The notes: generated by a model not told the origin, from the letters alone. A stretch of DNA of 29,142 nucleotides from Candidatus Hadarchaeota archaeon (GCA_964621445.1 CAZUNO010000031.1:1-29142), one strand, 5' to 3'; shown: positions 9,006 to 18,513, counted from the stretch's first letter. Translations and numbers: made by a program.

Positions 9006-9485
9006 TCAATCGAGCAGTTCCTCTTGGAGACCGTGAATCCTTCGAACATGCCCCTTTTCCTCGGAGATGATCTGGTCCAGGGTCGATTCGGCGTTCTCAG
9101 CTGCCAGGTCGCTCAGGGACTGGTAGAAGAGAATTGTTTCCTTCTCGAATCCCAGGGCGAAATCCAGCGTTGACTCCATGCCTCTCCCCGCATCCCCCTC
9201 CAGCGCATCCTGGTCCAGGTACCTCCCGATCCCGGTGTCCACCAGGGCCTGAATGTAGGGCGTTGACTCCTCGATCTCTATGCCCTTGGTCTCCTCCCTA
9301 TCGGGGAGAAGACCCTGAAACACCTTGCCGTGCCTCCTTTCGTCATCTGCCAACAGGGACAGGGCCTCTTTTACCTGGTCTGACCCAGATTCGTGAGCCG
9401 CTCTTGTGTAAAATTTCTCCCCTGCCTCCTCGATGTTCAGGGACATTTCCACCAGCTCGGTCCAACTATACCCACTCTTCAACAT
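9006..9485 (-). CDS. Ferritin-like / rubrerythrin-family di-iron protein without a rubredoxin domain
   Basis: Duplicated helix pairs EEAGEKFY...DDERRH and EKETILFY...EEKGH. Start overlaps the hydA stop (ATGTTGA). Confidence 0.88.
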   Translation of the reverse strand: MLKSGYSWTELVEMSLNIEEAGEKFYTRAAHESGSDQVKEALSLLADDERRHGKVFQGLLPDREETKGIEIEESTPYIQALVDTGIGRYLDQDALEGDAGRGMESTLDFALGFEKETILFYQSLSDLAAENAESTLDQIISEEKGHVRRIHGLQEELLD

Positions 9486-10777
9486 TTCCCACCTCTAGTT
9501 AAGGTCGCATGTACTGAACAGGAGATGCATGGATCATATGCCCTGACCAGCATCTCGCAGTTCCTGGTCAGATCACCGTCCTCCCGGACGGCCCTGCGGC
9601 TGAGCCTGGAGAGTGACTTCTCCACCTGGGCTGAGTTGTGAGCGGTGGGAGGAACTATATCGCAGTCTATAACCGAACCCGTCTTGTCAAAGCTATACCA
9701 GTGGTACAGGGACCCCCTGGGGGCCTCGGTCAGGGCAGCTCCCTGGCAGGGGACCCCGACCTCCGGTTTCAACGGTTCTTCTTCTAGTTCGTATGGAAGT
9801 TCATCTATGATTTGGATACTCTCATCAAGGGCATGGATTATCTCCACCACCCTGGCCTTGATATTCATGAAGGGGTCGGTTGAGCCGGTGTCCAGCCCCA
9901 CCGCTTCGATGGCATTCTTTCCAAGCGAAGTAAGCTGGTCCCTATTTATGGAAACCCGGGAAAGGGGGCCCACCATGAAGGTGTCCCTGTCCTTGACCCG
10001 GGACTGTTTGGCGTTGGAATGTTCGACCTGGTTCTCGACTATCATGGACCTGTAGTTCTGCTCCCCGATGTCTAGTCCCTCAGTTGACACCAGCCTTCCC
10101 TTGTTTAAACCGTATTCATGGGGATTGCTCACCGCTACCAGTTCATTATCCTGGTTGATCACCGGGTAGTCAAAGCCGCCCACAAGGTCGGCGGCGATGG
10201 ACATGTCGTCGAGGCCCGCCTGGAGACGGTCCTTAAATGGTCTCAGGTCGGAGGGTGAGGGTATATTCGTGAAGCCACCCACCACGGCCGATATGGGGTG
10301 GACCGCCCTGCCACCAACGACCTCCCCGATGTCGTTTCCTAGTTTCTTGAGCCTCAGGGCCATCTCCGCCAGGTCACGGTGATCGGCGGACAGGGATACC
10401 ACGCCGTCATAACCCATGTAATCCGGGGCGGTGAGGAAAAATACGCTCAGCGAATGGCTCTGTATCCAGCCGCTCAGTGCCAGAAGCCGCCTCAGGATCC
10501 TTGTCTGGTCGCTGACCTCCAGGTTGTAGGCGTTCTCCACCGCCCTGAGCGAGGTGATCTGGTGGGCTATGGGACATATACCACATATCCTGGAGCTGAT
10601 TTCATGGACCTCGAACAGGCTTCTATCCCTGAGCAGGGATTCGAAGAACCTCATGGGCTCGAATATGGCGAATTCCGACCTCTTGACCTCTCCGTCAGGT
10701 CCTACCTCGACGTTGATGGCGCCCTGACCTTCGACCCGGGAGACGTAGCAGACCTCAACCTCCTTTCCGTCGCTCAC
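9479..10777 (-). CDS. hydA: [NiFe] hydrogenase group 3b (sulfhydrogenase) large/alpha subunit
   Basis: SRVEGQG, L1 motif RICGICPIAH, EAPRGSLYH, VPPTAHN, L2 motif RAYDPCISCSVH followed by a 9-aa extension. Confidence 0.95.
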   Translation of the reverse strand: MSDGKEVEVCYVSRVEGQGAINVEVGPDGEVKRSEFAIFEPMRFFESLLRDRSLFEVHEISSRICGICPIAHQITSLRAVENAYNLEVSDQTRILRRLLALSGWIQSHSLSVFFLTAPDYMGYDGVVSLSADHRDLAEMALRLKKLGNDIGEVVGGRAVHPISAVVGGFTNIPSPSDLRPFKDRLQAGLDDMSIAADLVGGFDYPVINQDNELVAVSNPHEYGLNKGRLVSTEGLDIGEQNYRSMIVENQVEHSNAKQSRVKDRDTFMVGPLSRVSINRDQLTSLGKNAIEAVGLDTGSTDPFMNIKARVVEIIHALDESIQIIDELPYELEEEPLKPEVGVPCQGAALTEAPRGSLYHWYSFDKTGSVIDCDIVPPTAHNSAQVEKSLSRLSRRAVREDGDLTRNCEMLVRAYDPCISCSVHATLTRGGKC

Positions 10778-11538
10778 ATCTGGGCCTCCTTGCGGAATTC
10801 GGGGGTGTCCCCGGCGTATTTCCTGAACTTGCGGACGATGTCACGATCCGTCAGGCCAATTTTCCTGAACACCCTGGCCAGCTCCTGGGGGTTGGCGTCG
10901 CTCATGGGTCCATAACAGCCCTCGCACTCCCGTCCGTAGGTGGGGCAAATCGCTCCACACCCGGCCTTGGTGACCGGTCCCATGCAGGCCATCCCTCGGC
11001 GAGTGAGAAGACAAACGTTTTCTCGGAGTTTGCACTCCACGCAAACCGGGTGGTGCTTGAGATCGGGTCCTATCCCCTGGAGGGCGGAGGTGATGGTGTC
11101 CAGTATGAGATCCTTGTGGGGCGGGCAACCCGGTAATTTGAGCTCCACCGGGACGTACTCGTGGAGTCCCTTTAGCCTGAACGAGGATATGGTGGATGGG
11201 TCCGGGTATACGTATTCCTCGGCCTCTCTCTGGGGCATCCAGTTCCTTATGGAGGGAACGCATCCGGTTATGGCACAGTCACCGAAGGCCACCAGGGTTT
11301 CCGATACCTTTCTCAGTTTCTTGAGCTCCTGGAGTTCACGAGGGGTTGATACCGATCCCTCAACGAAGCATAGGTCATAAGGTCCCAATTCGACCGAGGT
11401 CTGGGCCATCATGAAGTAAGTGATGTTGATTTTGTCCACGATATCCAGGAGCTCGTCTTCCAGCCTCAGCAGTTCCATCTGACACCCTGCACATCCGGTG
11501 AACTTGTATACCGCCACGGTTGGTTTGTCGTCGCTCAT
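10774..11538 (-). CDS. hydD: [NiFe] hydrogenase group 3b small/delta subunit
   Basis: KFTGCAGCQ, EGSV, GDCAITGC, LPGCPP, VCVECK...C...CMGPVTKAGCGAICP...CEGCYG. Start moved from 11643 to ATG 11538, which follows a GAGGT RBS and avoids overlap with hydG. Confidence 0.94.
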   Translation of the reverse strand: MSDDKPTVAVYKFTGCAGCQMELLRLEDELLDIVDKINITYFMMAQTSVELGPYDLCFVEGSVSTPRELQELKKLRKVSETLVAFGDCAITGCVPSIRNWMPQREAEEYVYPDPSTISSFRLKGLHEYVPVELKLPGCPPHKDLILDTITSALQGIGPDLKHHPVCVECKLRENVCLLTRRGMACMGPVTKAGCGAICPTYGRECEGCYGPMSDANPQELARVFRKIGLTDRDIVRKFRKYAGDTPEFRKEAQM

Positions 11539-11548
11539 GATTAATACC

Positions 11549-12382
11549 TCAGATCCTGCAGTCGGGAATACCCTTGATATCGGAATACTTGAATACCGGT
11601 CCGTCCTTGCACACGAAGTAGGGACCCAGCTGACAGTGTCCACACTGGGCGATTCCGCATCTCATCCTCCGTTCCAGTGAGAGGTAGAGCTGTTCCTCGT
11701 GGAATCCCCTTCGCAGGAGGTCCTGTACGGCGAAGTGCATCATTACCTCCGGACCGCAGATCAGCACCCCCGCGTTTCTGGGCTTTGTGACCATCTCCTC
11801 GAATAGGGTGGTTACCACGCCCACGCCGTGTTTCCATTCCACGCCTCCCGGGACCCGATCGACGGTCAATCTCAGCCTGGTCCTGGGCATCCTGTGCCAT
11901 TTCTCATACTCCCATTCGAATATGCTCTCCTCGGGAGTCCTGGTCCCGTATAAGATCTCCAGGAATCCGAAATCCTCCCTTCGTTCCTCGATGTTCATGA
12001 TCACCGGTCTGGGAGAGGGGAGGCCTATTCCCCCGGTGATTATCAGTACGTCCTTGCCCTCAAGCCTCTTCATTGGCCAACCATTACCGTAGGGGCCTGC
12101 TACCCATACGATATCCCCGACCTCCAGCTGGTGTATTTTAGTGGTCACCCGACCGACCTTTCTAATTGTGGTTTCAAAGCTGCCCTTGGTGGAGGACCCA
12201 GATGCGATAGAGAACATGGCCTCGCCCACACCGGCAAAGGAGATCACTATGAACTGTCCTGGGATGAAGGAGAAGTCCTCCTGGAGTTCCTCCTTGAAGG
12301 CCAGGGTGTAGGTGTTGGTATTTGGGGTCTCTACCTTGATTTCCATTACCTGGGCTGGATGTCTCTCGTAGGGATCCTTCAT
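11549..12382 (-). CDS. hydG: Sulfhydrogenase gamma subunit (FAD/NAD(P)-binding, 2Fe-2S)
   Basis: FIPGQF, GPYGNGWP, TGGIGL, ICGPEVMM, SLERRMRCGIAQCGHCQLG...VCKDGPVF. ATGA overlap with hydB. Confidence 0.94.
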   Translation of the reverse strand: MKDPYERHPAQVMEIKVETPNTNTYTLAFKEELQEDFSFIPGQFIVISFAGVGEAMFSIASGSSTKGSFETTIRKVGRVTTKIHQLEVGDIVWVAGPYGNGWPMKRLEGKDVLIITGGIGLPSPRPVIMNIEERREDFGFLEILYGTRTPEESIFEWEYEKWHRMPRTRLRLTVDRVPGGVEWKHGVGVVTTLFEEMVTKPRNAGVLICGPEVMMHFAVQDLLRRGFHEEQLYLSLERRMRCGIAQCGHCQLGPYFVCKDGPVFKYSDIKGIPDCRI

Positions 12383-13416
12383 GTTAACGCCTCCTGTTCC
12401 GGCTTCTCCCGCAGCTCATGAGCTATCTCGGTTATGTCGATATCCACGGGACACACCTTGATGCACCTACCGCACCCCACGCACTTAGTCATGCTGTATT
12501 GATAGGAGCCATAGCTAAGATTATGACAGATGAATTGTCTCAAGCGAGCGCTCCTCTCCGGCCGGAAGTTCCCGCCCATGGCCACCTGGGAGAACTCCTT
12601 TAGCAGGCAGACATCCCACTCCCGGTACCTCTCCCCCTTATTTAGGGAGGGTTCCACCCTCTCCCTGATATCAAAACAGAAACAGGTTGGACATACGTTG
12701 CCGCACTGTCCACAGGCCAGGCATATCTCCCCCTCCCTCTCCCATACCGGGTGATCCTGGGATTGCATACACAGCTCGGGCATGCCCTCCATGTCTATCG
12801 ACCTGGTGAAGGACTCCTTCAGGGACTCGATCAAGGACATTTTAGCCTCGAAGTCCTCTTCCCTGGCCTGCGGTAGTTGAAGGGATCTTAGGATATCCTC
12901 CCCCTGTGGCGTTCCCGCCTCCAGGAGGTATTTACCCCCGATGTCAGTCATCAGCACGTCATATCCGTCGGACGCCTCGGGGCCGGTTCCCATGGAGAGA
13001 CAGAAGCATTCCTTCCCCACCTCCTTGCAGGTTAGGGCAAATATAAGGAAGTTGTCCCGTCTCCGGAGGTACCTGGGATCGCTCCGGAAACCAAGGAAGA
13101 CCCGATCCAGGAAATCCAGAGCCGCCAGGTCACAGGGATGGACACCGAGGAGTATCTTCTTTTCCTGAGGAATTATATCCGATATTTCCGATGTCTGGCC
13201 ATTCTCGAAGGTGAAAATCGTCTCTCTAGGCGGGAAGAAGTACTTCTTTATGGGAAGTATTGTGGTGTCGTAGCCTAGATCAAGGTCCTCCGGGTCATCG
13301 ATGGGGCCGAATTTATACTCGGAGTCCTCGCCCCTGGGACCGCAAACCGAAGCATCTTGGTGGAGACGTTCCAGGAAAGTCGGAATCCCTCCTTCGCTGA
13401 GGATTACGGAGTACAT
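12379..13416 (-). CDS. hydB: Sulfhydrogenase beta subunit (4Fe-4S dicluster)
   Basis: KKYFFPPRE, GVHPCD, CFCLSMGTGP, CLACGQCGNVCPTCFCF, CVGCGRCIKVCPVDID; first gene of the hydBGDA order. Confidence 0.94.
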   Translation of the reverse strand: MYSVILSEGGIPTFLERLHQDASVCGPRGEDSEYKFGPIDDPEDLDLGYDTTILPIKKYFFPPRETIFTFENGQTSEISDIIPQEKKILLGVHPCDLAALDFLDRVFLGFRSDPRYLRRRDNFLIFALTCKEVGKECFCLSMGTGPEASDGYDVLMTDIGGKYLLEAGTPQGEDILRSLQLPQAREEDFEAKMSLIESLKESFTRSIDMEGMPELCMQSQDHPVWEREGEICLACGQCGNVCPTCFCFDIRERVEPSLNKGERYREWDVCLLKEFSQVAMGGNFRPERSARLRQFICHNLSYGSYQYSMTKCVGCGRCIKVCPVDIDITEIAHELREKPEQEALT

Positions 13417-13462
13417 GGAGATATCACGATCCTGGCAAGGAAATCTCGGAGACTGAAAAGAG

Positions 13463-15478
13463 TTATGTTGTTGGTGGTCCCTTTACCCGGTCCGGTCTAC
13501 TTCCCAAAAGGCCAAAAAGCCGCTCCCTGAACCGACGTTCCCTGAGCATAAGGGCCTGGAGGAAGGTCCAGCTGTAGACCAAATGCCCCTCGTAGCCGCA
13601 GGGATTACCTTCCCAGTCATAGAACTCTGCCCCCTTCCCCATCTCGTCCACCACGCCGTTCTGGAAACCACCCCCGTTGGGGAACACGCCCCTGTGCTGG
13701 CGCTCCAACATGGCATCGAGAATCTTATCGGCCCTCCGGCGGTTCCCGACGATATAGTTGGCAACCAGGAAGAAGTAGGTGTTGCTAACGCAGCAACCGC
13801 CATTGAGATACTGCCCAAAGGTATCGGAGCCGTCCTCCAGCTCTTCGCCGAGCCTATGGTACTGGTCATCCCGGTGCACCGGCCTTAGGTTCAGGGGGAC
13901 CCCGAGGTCAAAACGATCGAACCCCGTTTTACGGAGTTCCTCCCAGTAGGCATCGAGCATCTGGCTTGCTCGATCCTTTGGGACCAGACCATATATGACA
14001 CCCATGCTGGTGGGAACATCGGAGTAGATATCATGCAGCATACCATCTCGGCTCCTCCACCATCCCAGCCAGCCGGTGTCCGGGTTGTAGAAAGTGGAAA
14101 TGAAAACGGAGTGGATACGATCGGCAAGGTAATCGTAGCGTGAACCCTTGCCGGTTCTTCCCAGTCTTCTCTCAAGATCGGCCATGCACCGGTAGGCCCG
14201 ATAGGCCAGGGCATTTACATATGCGTTCTTGTGTCCGCTGGAGTAGGTATCCCAGGCCGTATCGCCGAAGGAGCGTGTCCCCCTGTTCCCGCTCTGTGGA
14301 GATTCTATGAGCCCGTCTCCATCGGTGTCCCTGCCCTCCATCCAGTCGGCAATGGATTCCAGGCTCTCGATCTCCTTCGTCAGCCAATTCTCATCATCGC
14401 TGGCCTCCACGTAACACCAGGAAGCTGTAAGTACCGAGGGGTGGGAGTCCATCATGGGCCCCCTATCCCCAGTTCCAGAATCGATCTCGGTCTCCGTGTA
14501 CGAAATCCTCCCGTCCGGCTGCACGGCACGGTGCATCCAGAATTCAAGGGTCCTCCGGAGCAGTGGGCAGAGGGGGATGGATGGGGACAGTTTTGGGATC
14601 AGAAGGACATGGTCCCCGAGCCAGAACAAGGTGGAACTAACCGGGTTGCTGATAGCGTTGTTTGCCCAGGTTCCCCAACCCCTAGGCTGAGAATTGACCT
14701 GGATAAAGTTGAACCATCCTCTACGTGCTAGCGACCAGCGATCTTCATCCTCCAACCCCTCTGGAGTTTCAAGGACCAGGGGTGAGAATTCCAATTCATA
14801 GCCGGCACGGCCCGGAGAGGGGAGGTCCAGTGTGAGGTCCACCGTTTGACGCTGCCTGTCCCCGGCCACGGTCATGGTTACCGGACGCTGACAGGTAACC
14901 ATCATCTGTCCCATGTCCGGCGCGCTTAACAACGCGGGAAGTCCCATCTTGCCCTCGGTGACCGTATGAGGACCGATCACCGTGGTTGCCGTGAGCTTGG
15001 GGTTAAAGGGAATCGATATCTCCATTCTAGACAGATCCCTGACCCTACCACTCAATGCAAAGCGCATGGCCAGGTTACCATTGACCCGGGTTGTCCAGGA
15101 GAGATCGGTGATCGGTGAAATACTAAGAAGGTGGTGAATTTCATCATCCACCACCTCGGTGACCGTCCGAACCTTCTCCGCATCTAACCTCCCGGTGGGA
15201 AGTATGATATTCAATTTCAAGGGAGATCTCAACAGATTGTGCTGGCTGTGATCACCTCCCTCGGTGTCCCAACCCAGTTCGGTTAACATGGGCGAGGTCC
15301 GGTGGGCCTTAACATGTATGGAGGCGCTGGCGGATTCCTTCAGTGGAATGTTTTTGCGCGATATCAAGACCCCTTCCTCCTGAGAACCGGGTTTCAACCT
15401 GATTCCCGATAAATATTGGCCCGGTTTGGCCGGGTCTTCATTGAGATGTAGCTGACGGCATTTTGGGGGGCCTGGCAT
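13463..15478 (-). CDS. Putative (alpha/alpha)6-barrel glycoside hydrolase-like protein (six-hairpin glycosidase fold)
   Basis: C-terminal half has YVEASDDENWL, DTDGDGLIES, AWDT, NAYVNALAYRAYRCMADL, TFYNPDTGWL, YLNGG, EFYD, resembling GH78/GH116/debranching-enzyme catalytic domains. Start is uncertain; TTG at 15367 after GGAGGAAGGGG would remove the overlap with the upstream ORF. Confidence 0.7.
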   Translation of the reverse strand: MPGPPKCRQLHLNEDPAKPGQYLSGIRLKPGSQEEGVLISRKNIPLKESASASIHVKAHRTSPMLTELGWDTEGGDHSQHNLLRSPLKLNIILPTGRLDAEKVRTVTEVVDDEIHHLLSISPITDLSWTTRVNGNLAMRFALSGRVRDLSRMEISIPFNPKLTATTVIGPHTVTEGKMGLPALLSAPDMGQMMVTCQRPVTMTVAGDRQRQTVDLTLDLPSPGRAGYELEFSPLVLETPEGLEDEDRWSLARRGWFNFIQVNSQPRGWGTWANNAISNPVSSTLFWLGDHVLLIPKLSPSIPLCPLLRRTLEFWMHRAVQPDGRISYTETEIDSGTGDRGPMMDSHPSVLTASWCYVEASDDENWLTKEIESLESIADWMEGRDTDGDGLIESPQSGNRGTRSFGDTAWDTYSSGHKNAYVNALAYRAYRCMADLERRLGRTGKGSRYDYLADRIHSVFISTFYNPDTGWLGWWRSRDGMLHDIYSDVPTSMGVIYGLVPKDRASQMLDAYWEELRKTGFDRFDLGVPLNLRPVHRDDQYHRLGEELEDGSDTFGQYLNGGCCVSNTYFFLVANYIVGNRRRADKILDAMLERQHRGVFPNGGGFQNGVVDEMGKGAEFYDWEGNPCGYEGHLVYSWTFLQALMLRERRFRERLFGLLGSRPDRVKGPPTT

Positions 15479-15809
15479 CCCTCTTTAGATATCCATCCCA
15501 CATGCGTACGTCAGTGACCATTAATATCAGGGCTAGCGGGGCATAAACGATTGAGCCCGGGGTCATGGGGTTCCATATCAGCGGTGATAGAAGGCCACCC
15601 GTGACGGTCATGGATATGCAGGAGGAAATTGTCCTGGACATTTCAGGCGCGCCCCGCCAAAATCTAAGGGCTAAAACGAATAGAAATCCAGCAACAATAC
15701 CAATAGGAAGGATATAATTTATCCAATTCTGGAGAACTAGCGAGGTAATGAACAAGACCACCGGAATTAGTACCAGCTTTCCATCCCTTGAGTTTGCCAA
15801 GATTACCAA
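15438..15809 (-). CDS. Hypothetical membrane protein (about 4 TM helices)
   Basis: 123-aa ORF with four hydrophobic stretches; GGTGGG RBS-like motif and TTTAATAA upstream; TTG start. Confidence 0.6.
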   Translation of the reverse strand: MVILANSRDGKLVLIPVVLFITSLVLQNWINYILPIGIVAGFLFVLALRFWRGAPEMSRTISSCISMTVTGGLLSPLIWNPMTPGSIVYAPLALILMVTDVRMWDGYLKRDARPPKMPSATSQ

Positions 15810-15879
15810 TTGAATTGCTACCCACCTTTATTAAACTGTTACGAAGCCTCCGCCCATTCCCGATTTTAGTAGGATGCAG

Positions 15880-16170
15880 TCAGAGAATTTTTTCGCCACA
15901 AATCTCGCAGTAGTTCGCCTCCGGTCTCACGGGATGCCCGCAATTCGGACAATAACTCAAATTACTCTGAGTACCTCGCCGTTTCTTCTTCGGTCTCACC
16001 AACAGCCAAACGAGTAGGCCCACTATATTGCCCACCAGGACCACGATTAGCCAGAGAGCTCCATTCTCGCCTCGGGCATTTGCATCCCTGTAAACCCAAA
16101 TACATAGGAACACCGATAGGGCTATGGTTAGAATGAGAACCAATCCGACAAGTATTACCCCCAAAAGCAT
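15880..16170 (-). CDS. Small membrane protein with PLDc_N-like hairpin and C-terminal zinc ribbon
   Basis: WVYRDANARG...ALWLIVVLVGNIVGLLVWLLVRP followed by CPNCG...NYCEICG. Confidence 0.85.
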   Translation of the reverse strand: MLLGVILVGLVLILTIALSVFLCIWVYRDANARGENGALWLIVVLVGNIVGLLVWLLVRPKKKRRGTQSNLSYCPNCGHPVRPEANYCEICGEKIL

Positions 16171-16252
16171 GGCCCATTATTCCCCCGCAGGAAGGATCCT
16201 TGATGGATTAATAAATTTCCCTAGAGCCTTTGAGAAGGAGACCCTTAATGGC

Positions 16253-17452
16253 TTAGGCCTCAGTTAGCCTGGTTGCTTTTACTTGTTTGTAGAGTTTTCT
16301 TTTTATCATTAGTGTCCATAGTAGGAATCCGCATACCATGCCGGTGGCGGTTACTGCTAGCCATTCTATGATGAATATCCATAGCATGGCTCTGTTTTTG
16401 GCTTCCATCATGTTGTTGGATATGTCTTTGATTTCTTCGTTTGCTTGTGTTAGTGTTTGTGCGGCTTGTTGTAGTTCTCCTTTGAGGTAGGCTGTTTCTG
16501 CTTGTTGTTGTTTGGTTTTTATTTGTGCTAGTTGGTTTTCGAATGGTGTGGGGTTGGCTCCGAATTTGTCTATGAATTCTATTACTGAGGTGGCCATTCG
16601 GTTTTGTTCGTCGAGGCTGGAGAATAGGGCTCTGACTTCGTGGGTTAGTTCTAGGTCTTCTGGGTAGGGTAGTCCGGTTACGAAGCTTAGGTGGGAGAAG
16701 ATGTAGTCGGGTAGGTATCTCCAGGTTCTTTTTACTTCTTCGGGTATGGTGTCCCAGCCGTGGTTGTAGTGGAGTACGGTTCCTTCTCCGTATTCTCTGG
16801 AGACTAGTGCGGGTGTTTTCCTGCCTCTCCATATGGCCCAGGTGGTGGTTCCTTCTCGAGGGATGAGGTCGCCGTGGTGGCCCCAGTTGATGATTATCTT
16901 TTCTATTCCTGGGAAGTCGACTATGGGTCCTTCCTGTACTATTTTGTAGTATTGTCTGCCGTCTATGGCTTCTATGCAGTTGGGGAATAAGTCGGCGGGG
17001 AAGGCGTCGTATAGGCTGGTGTCTTGCCAGTATTCCATTCCGCATTGGGATATTCTTTGTGCGAATTCTACTAGGCAGAGTCCTATTCCGTCGTGTACTC
17101 CTTTTCTGAACCATTCTAGGTATTTGGGTGTTAGTACTTTGGGTGAGAAGTCGTGGAATATCATGGCGTCTGTGGTTGTTTGGAGGTCGCTGTATTTTCT
17201 GGGTAGGTATATTCTTACGAATCTGACTGCTTTTTCGTAGGGTAGTAGGATTAGGTTGCAGGGCACCACGCTAACCAGGTCGAACCTAGGATCAGTGGGA
17301 ATCATATCAATATACATATCCACATATCCGGAAACCTCCCCAACCCATATCAGCCTTTTTTTAGAGAGTTCCGACTCGTCTTGGGCCAGTACTAATGGTG
17401 AGGAGATAAGGATAATAATGAGTAATAGGCCTAGAGGGTTCTTGGCTCGCAT
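16253..17452 (-). CDS. Uncharacterised exported, C-terminally anchored protein (possible class-I GATase-like fold plus helical stalk and TM)
   Basis: Signal peptide (LLLIIILISSPLVLA-QD), alpha/beta core (RIYLPRKY, GIGL, PALVSREYGEGTV), coiled-coil region, C-terminal TM with basic tail. Clear paralog at 20685-21905. The fold assignment is an inference. Confidence 0.8.
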   Translation of the reverse strand: MRAKNPLGLLLIIILISSPLVLAQDESELSKKRLIWVGEVSGYVDMYIDMIPTDPRFDLVSVVPCNLILLPYEKAVRFVRIYLPRKYSDLQTTTDAMIFHDFSPKVLTPKYLEWFRKGVHDGIGLCLVEFAQRISQCGMEYWQDTSLYDAFPADLFPNCIEAIDGRQYYKIVQEGPIVDFPGIEKIIINWGHHGDLIPREGTTTWAIWRGRKTPALVSREYGEGTVLHYNHGWDTIPEEVKRTWRYLPDYIFSHLSFVTGLPYPEDLELTHEVRALFSSLDEQNRMATSVIEFIDKFGANPTPFENQLAQIKTKQQQAETAYLKGELQQAAQTLTQANEEIKDISNNMMEAKNRAMLWIFIIEWLAVTATGMVCGFLLWTLMIKRKLYKQVKATRLTEA

Positions 17453-17561
17453 ACATCCTTAATTTAACAACTCGCCAAATAAATTTTGCCCCATCGATTT
17501 GGATATCACTACCTCCAGGGTTCCATGCGATAGAAAGCAGGTGGGTTGGAGATCCGCCCCG

Positions 17562-18209
17562 TCAATCTCTCCTTTTTCGAAAGAGAAGCCAGATTCCGAG
17601 ACCAGTTCTGGGATCGCTTGGAGGTAACCCACCCTCACCAACAACCTGGAATCCGGTTAGCCCAGCTTCTCTGGCCCACCGGGCAAAGGTCTCCGGGTCC
17701 CTCATCTTGGTAAAGTTCTCCACGGCCCCAGGTCCTTTCTTTCTTACCGCTCTGCGCCTTCTTTGTGTGAATTGCCGTCGAGCCCAAAGAGGGTAGGTTT
17801 TACCCATACCTCCGCCAACCATTGCTTCGCCTCCGGGGCGCAATACCCGGCGTATCTCCTTCAAGCCAGCCCTCTGATCGTCCCAGAAAAAGATCGAGCC
17901 ACGGCTAATAACCAGGTCCAGGGAATTTTCCCGCATTGGCAGCTTCTCAGCTCTACACGATATGGCAGTCGACCTTTCACCAAGGCCGAGTTCAAGGGAT
18001 CTATTCAAAGCCTTGGCCAGGGCTTTCCGGTTTGGATCAGCCATGATTAACCTGCAATCGGAAAGCTGTGCGAGTTCGAGACCCACTTGCCCCTGACCGC
18101 ATCCCAAGTCCATACAAAGCCCGTGGGTACGGTTACACAGCTCCATTATATCTAGGGCCACGCAAGGGTAGTAATCTGGTAATTTTGTTTTGGAATCCGG
18201 GCTCTTCAT
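17562..18209 (-). CDS. Class I SAM-dependent methyltransferase
   Basis: Motif I MDLGCGQG, AEKLPMRENSLDLVISRGSIFFW, EIRRVLRPGG. Confidence 0.9.
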   Translation of the reverse strand: MKSPDSKTKLPDYYPCVALDIMELCNRTHGLCMDLGCGQGQVGLELAQLSDCRLIMADPNRKALAKALNRSLELGLGERSTAISCRAEKLPMRENSLDLVISRGSIFFWDDQRAGLKEIRRVLRPGGEAMVGGGMGKTYPLWARRQFTQRRRRAVRKKGPGAVENFTKMRDPETFARWAREAGLTGFQVVGEGGLPPSDPRTGLGIWLLFRKRRD

Positions 18210-18513
18210 ATGTATTCCATGGGCTGCTAAATCACCTGGGGAGGGAAAAGGGTTTCGTTAGCGATTCCGGGATAGGAATGAGTTAGCATGATCACAAGCC
18301 AATCCTGGTTGGGGAGAAGTCCTCCATCGCCGGGTGAGAAGTTTTCTGTGAGCTAGTGTTGATGCCTATCGAGTGGGAAGTACGGTTCTACTATCAACCC
18401 AGCATTTCTAGAGAAGATATCGTTTTTACGGAAGGGTAACCTATCTAAACAAGGACGAACTCTCTCCATCCAGTCCAGGGGATGCCGAGTCCTGAAGCTA
18501 GAGAACGTCCCGG

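Noticed and set aside
9479-9560. Possible [NiFeSe] hydrogenase
   Set aside because: The L2 motif is DPCISC with ordinary Cys codons; the TGA lies after the C-terminal tail and overlaps the next start codon.
11539-11643. 35-aa N-terminal extension of HydD from the ORF track
   Set aside because: It overlaps the hydG 3' end; ATG 11538 has an RBS and matches the family start.
16260-17114. 284-aa Arg/Thr/Asn-rich ORF overlapping the 399-aa gene
   Set aside because: Shadow frame: its first positions are the real gene's third positions, which are almost never T, so stops cannot occur. Used only as evidence of the skew.
18210-18513. Possible ncRNA or tRNA in the 300-bp divergent intergenic gap
   Set aside because: No cloverleaf, T-loop motif or convincing stems found by eye; an Infernal scan would be needed to exclude it fully.
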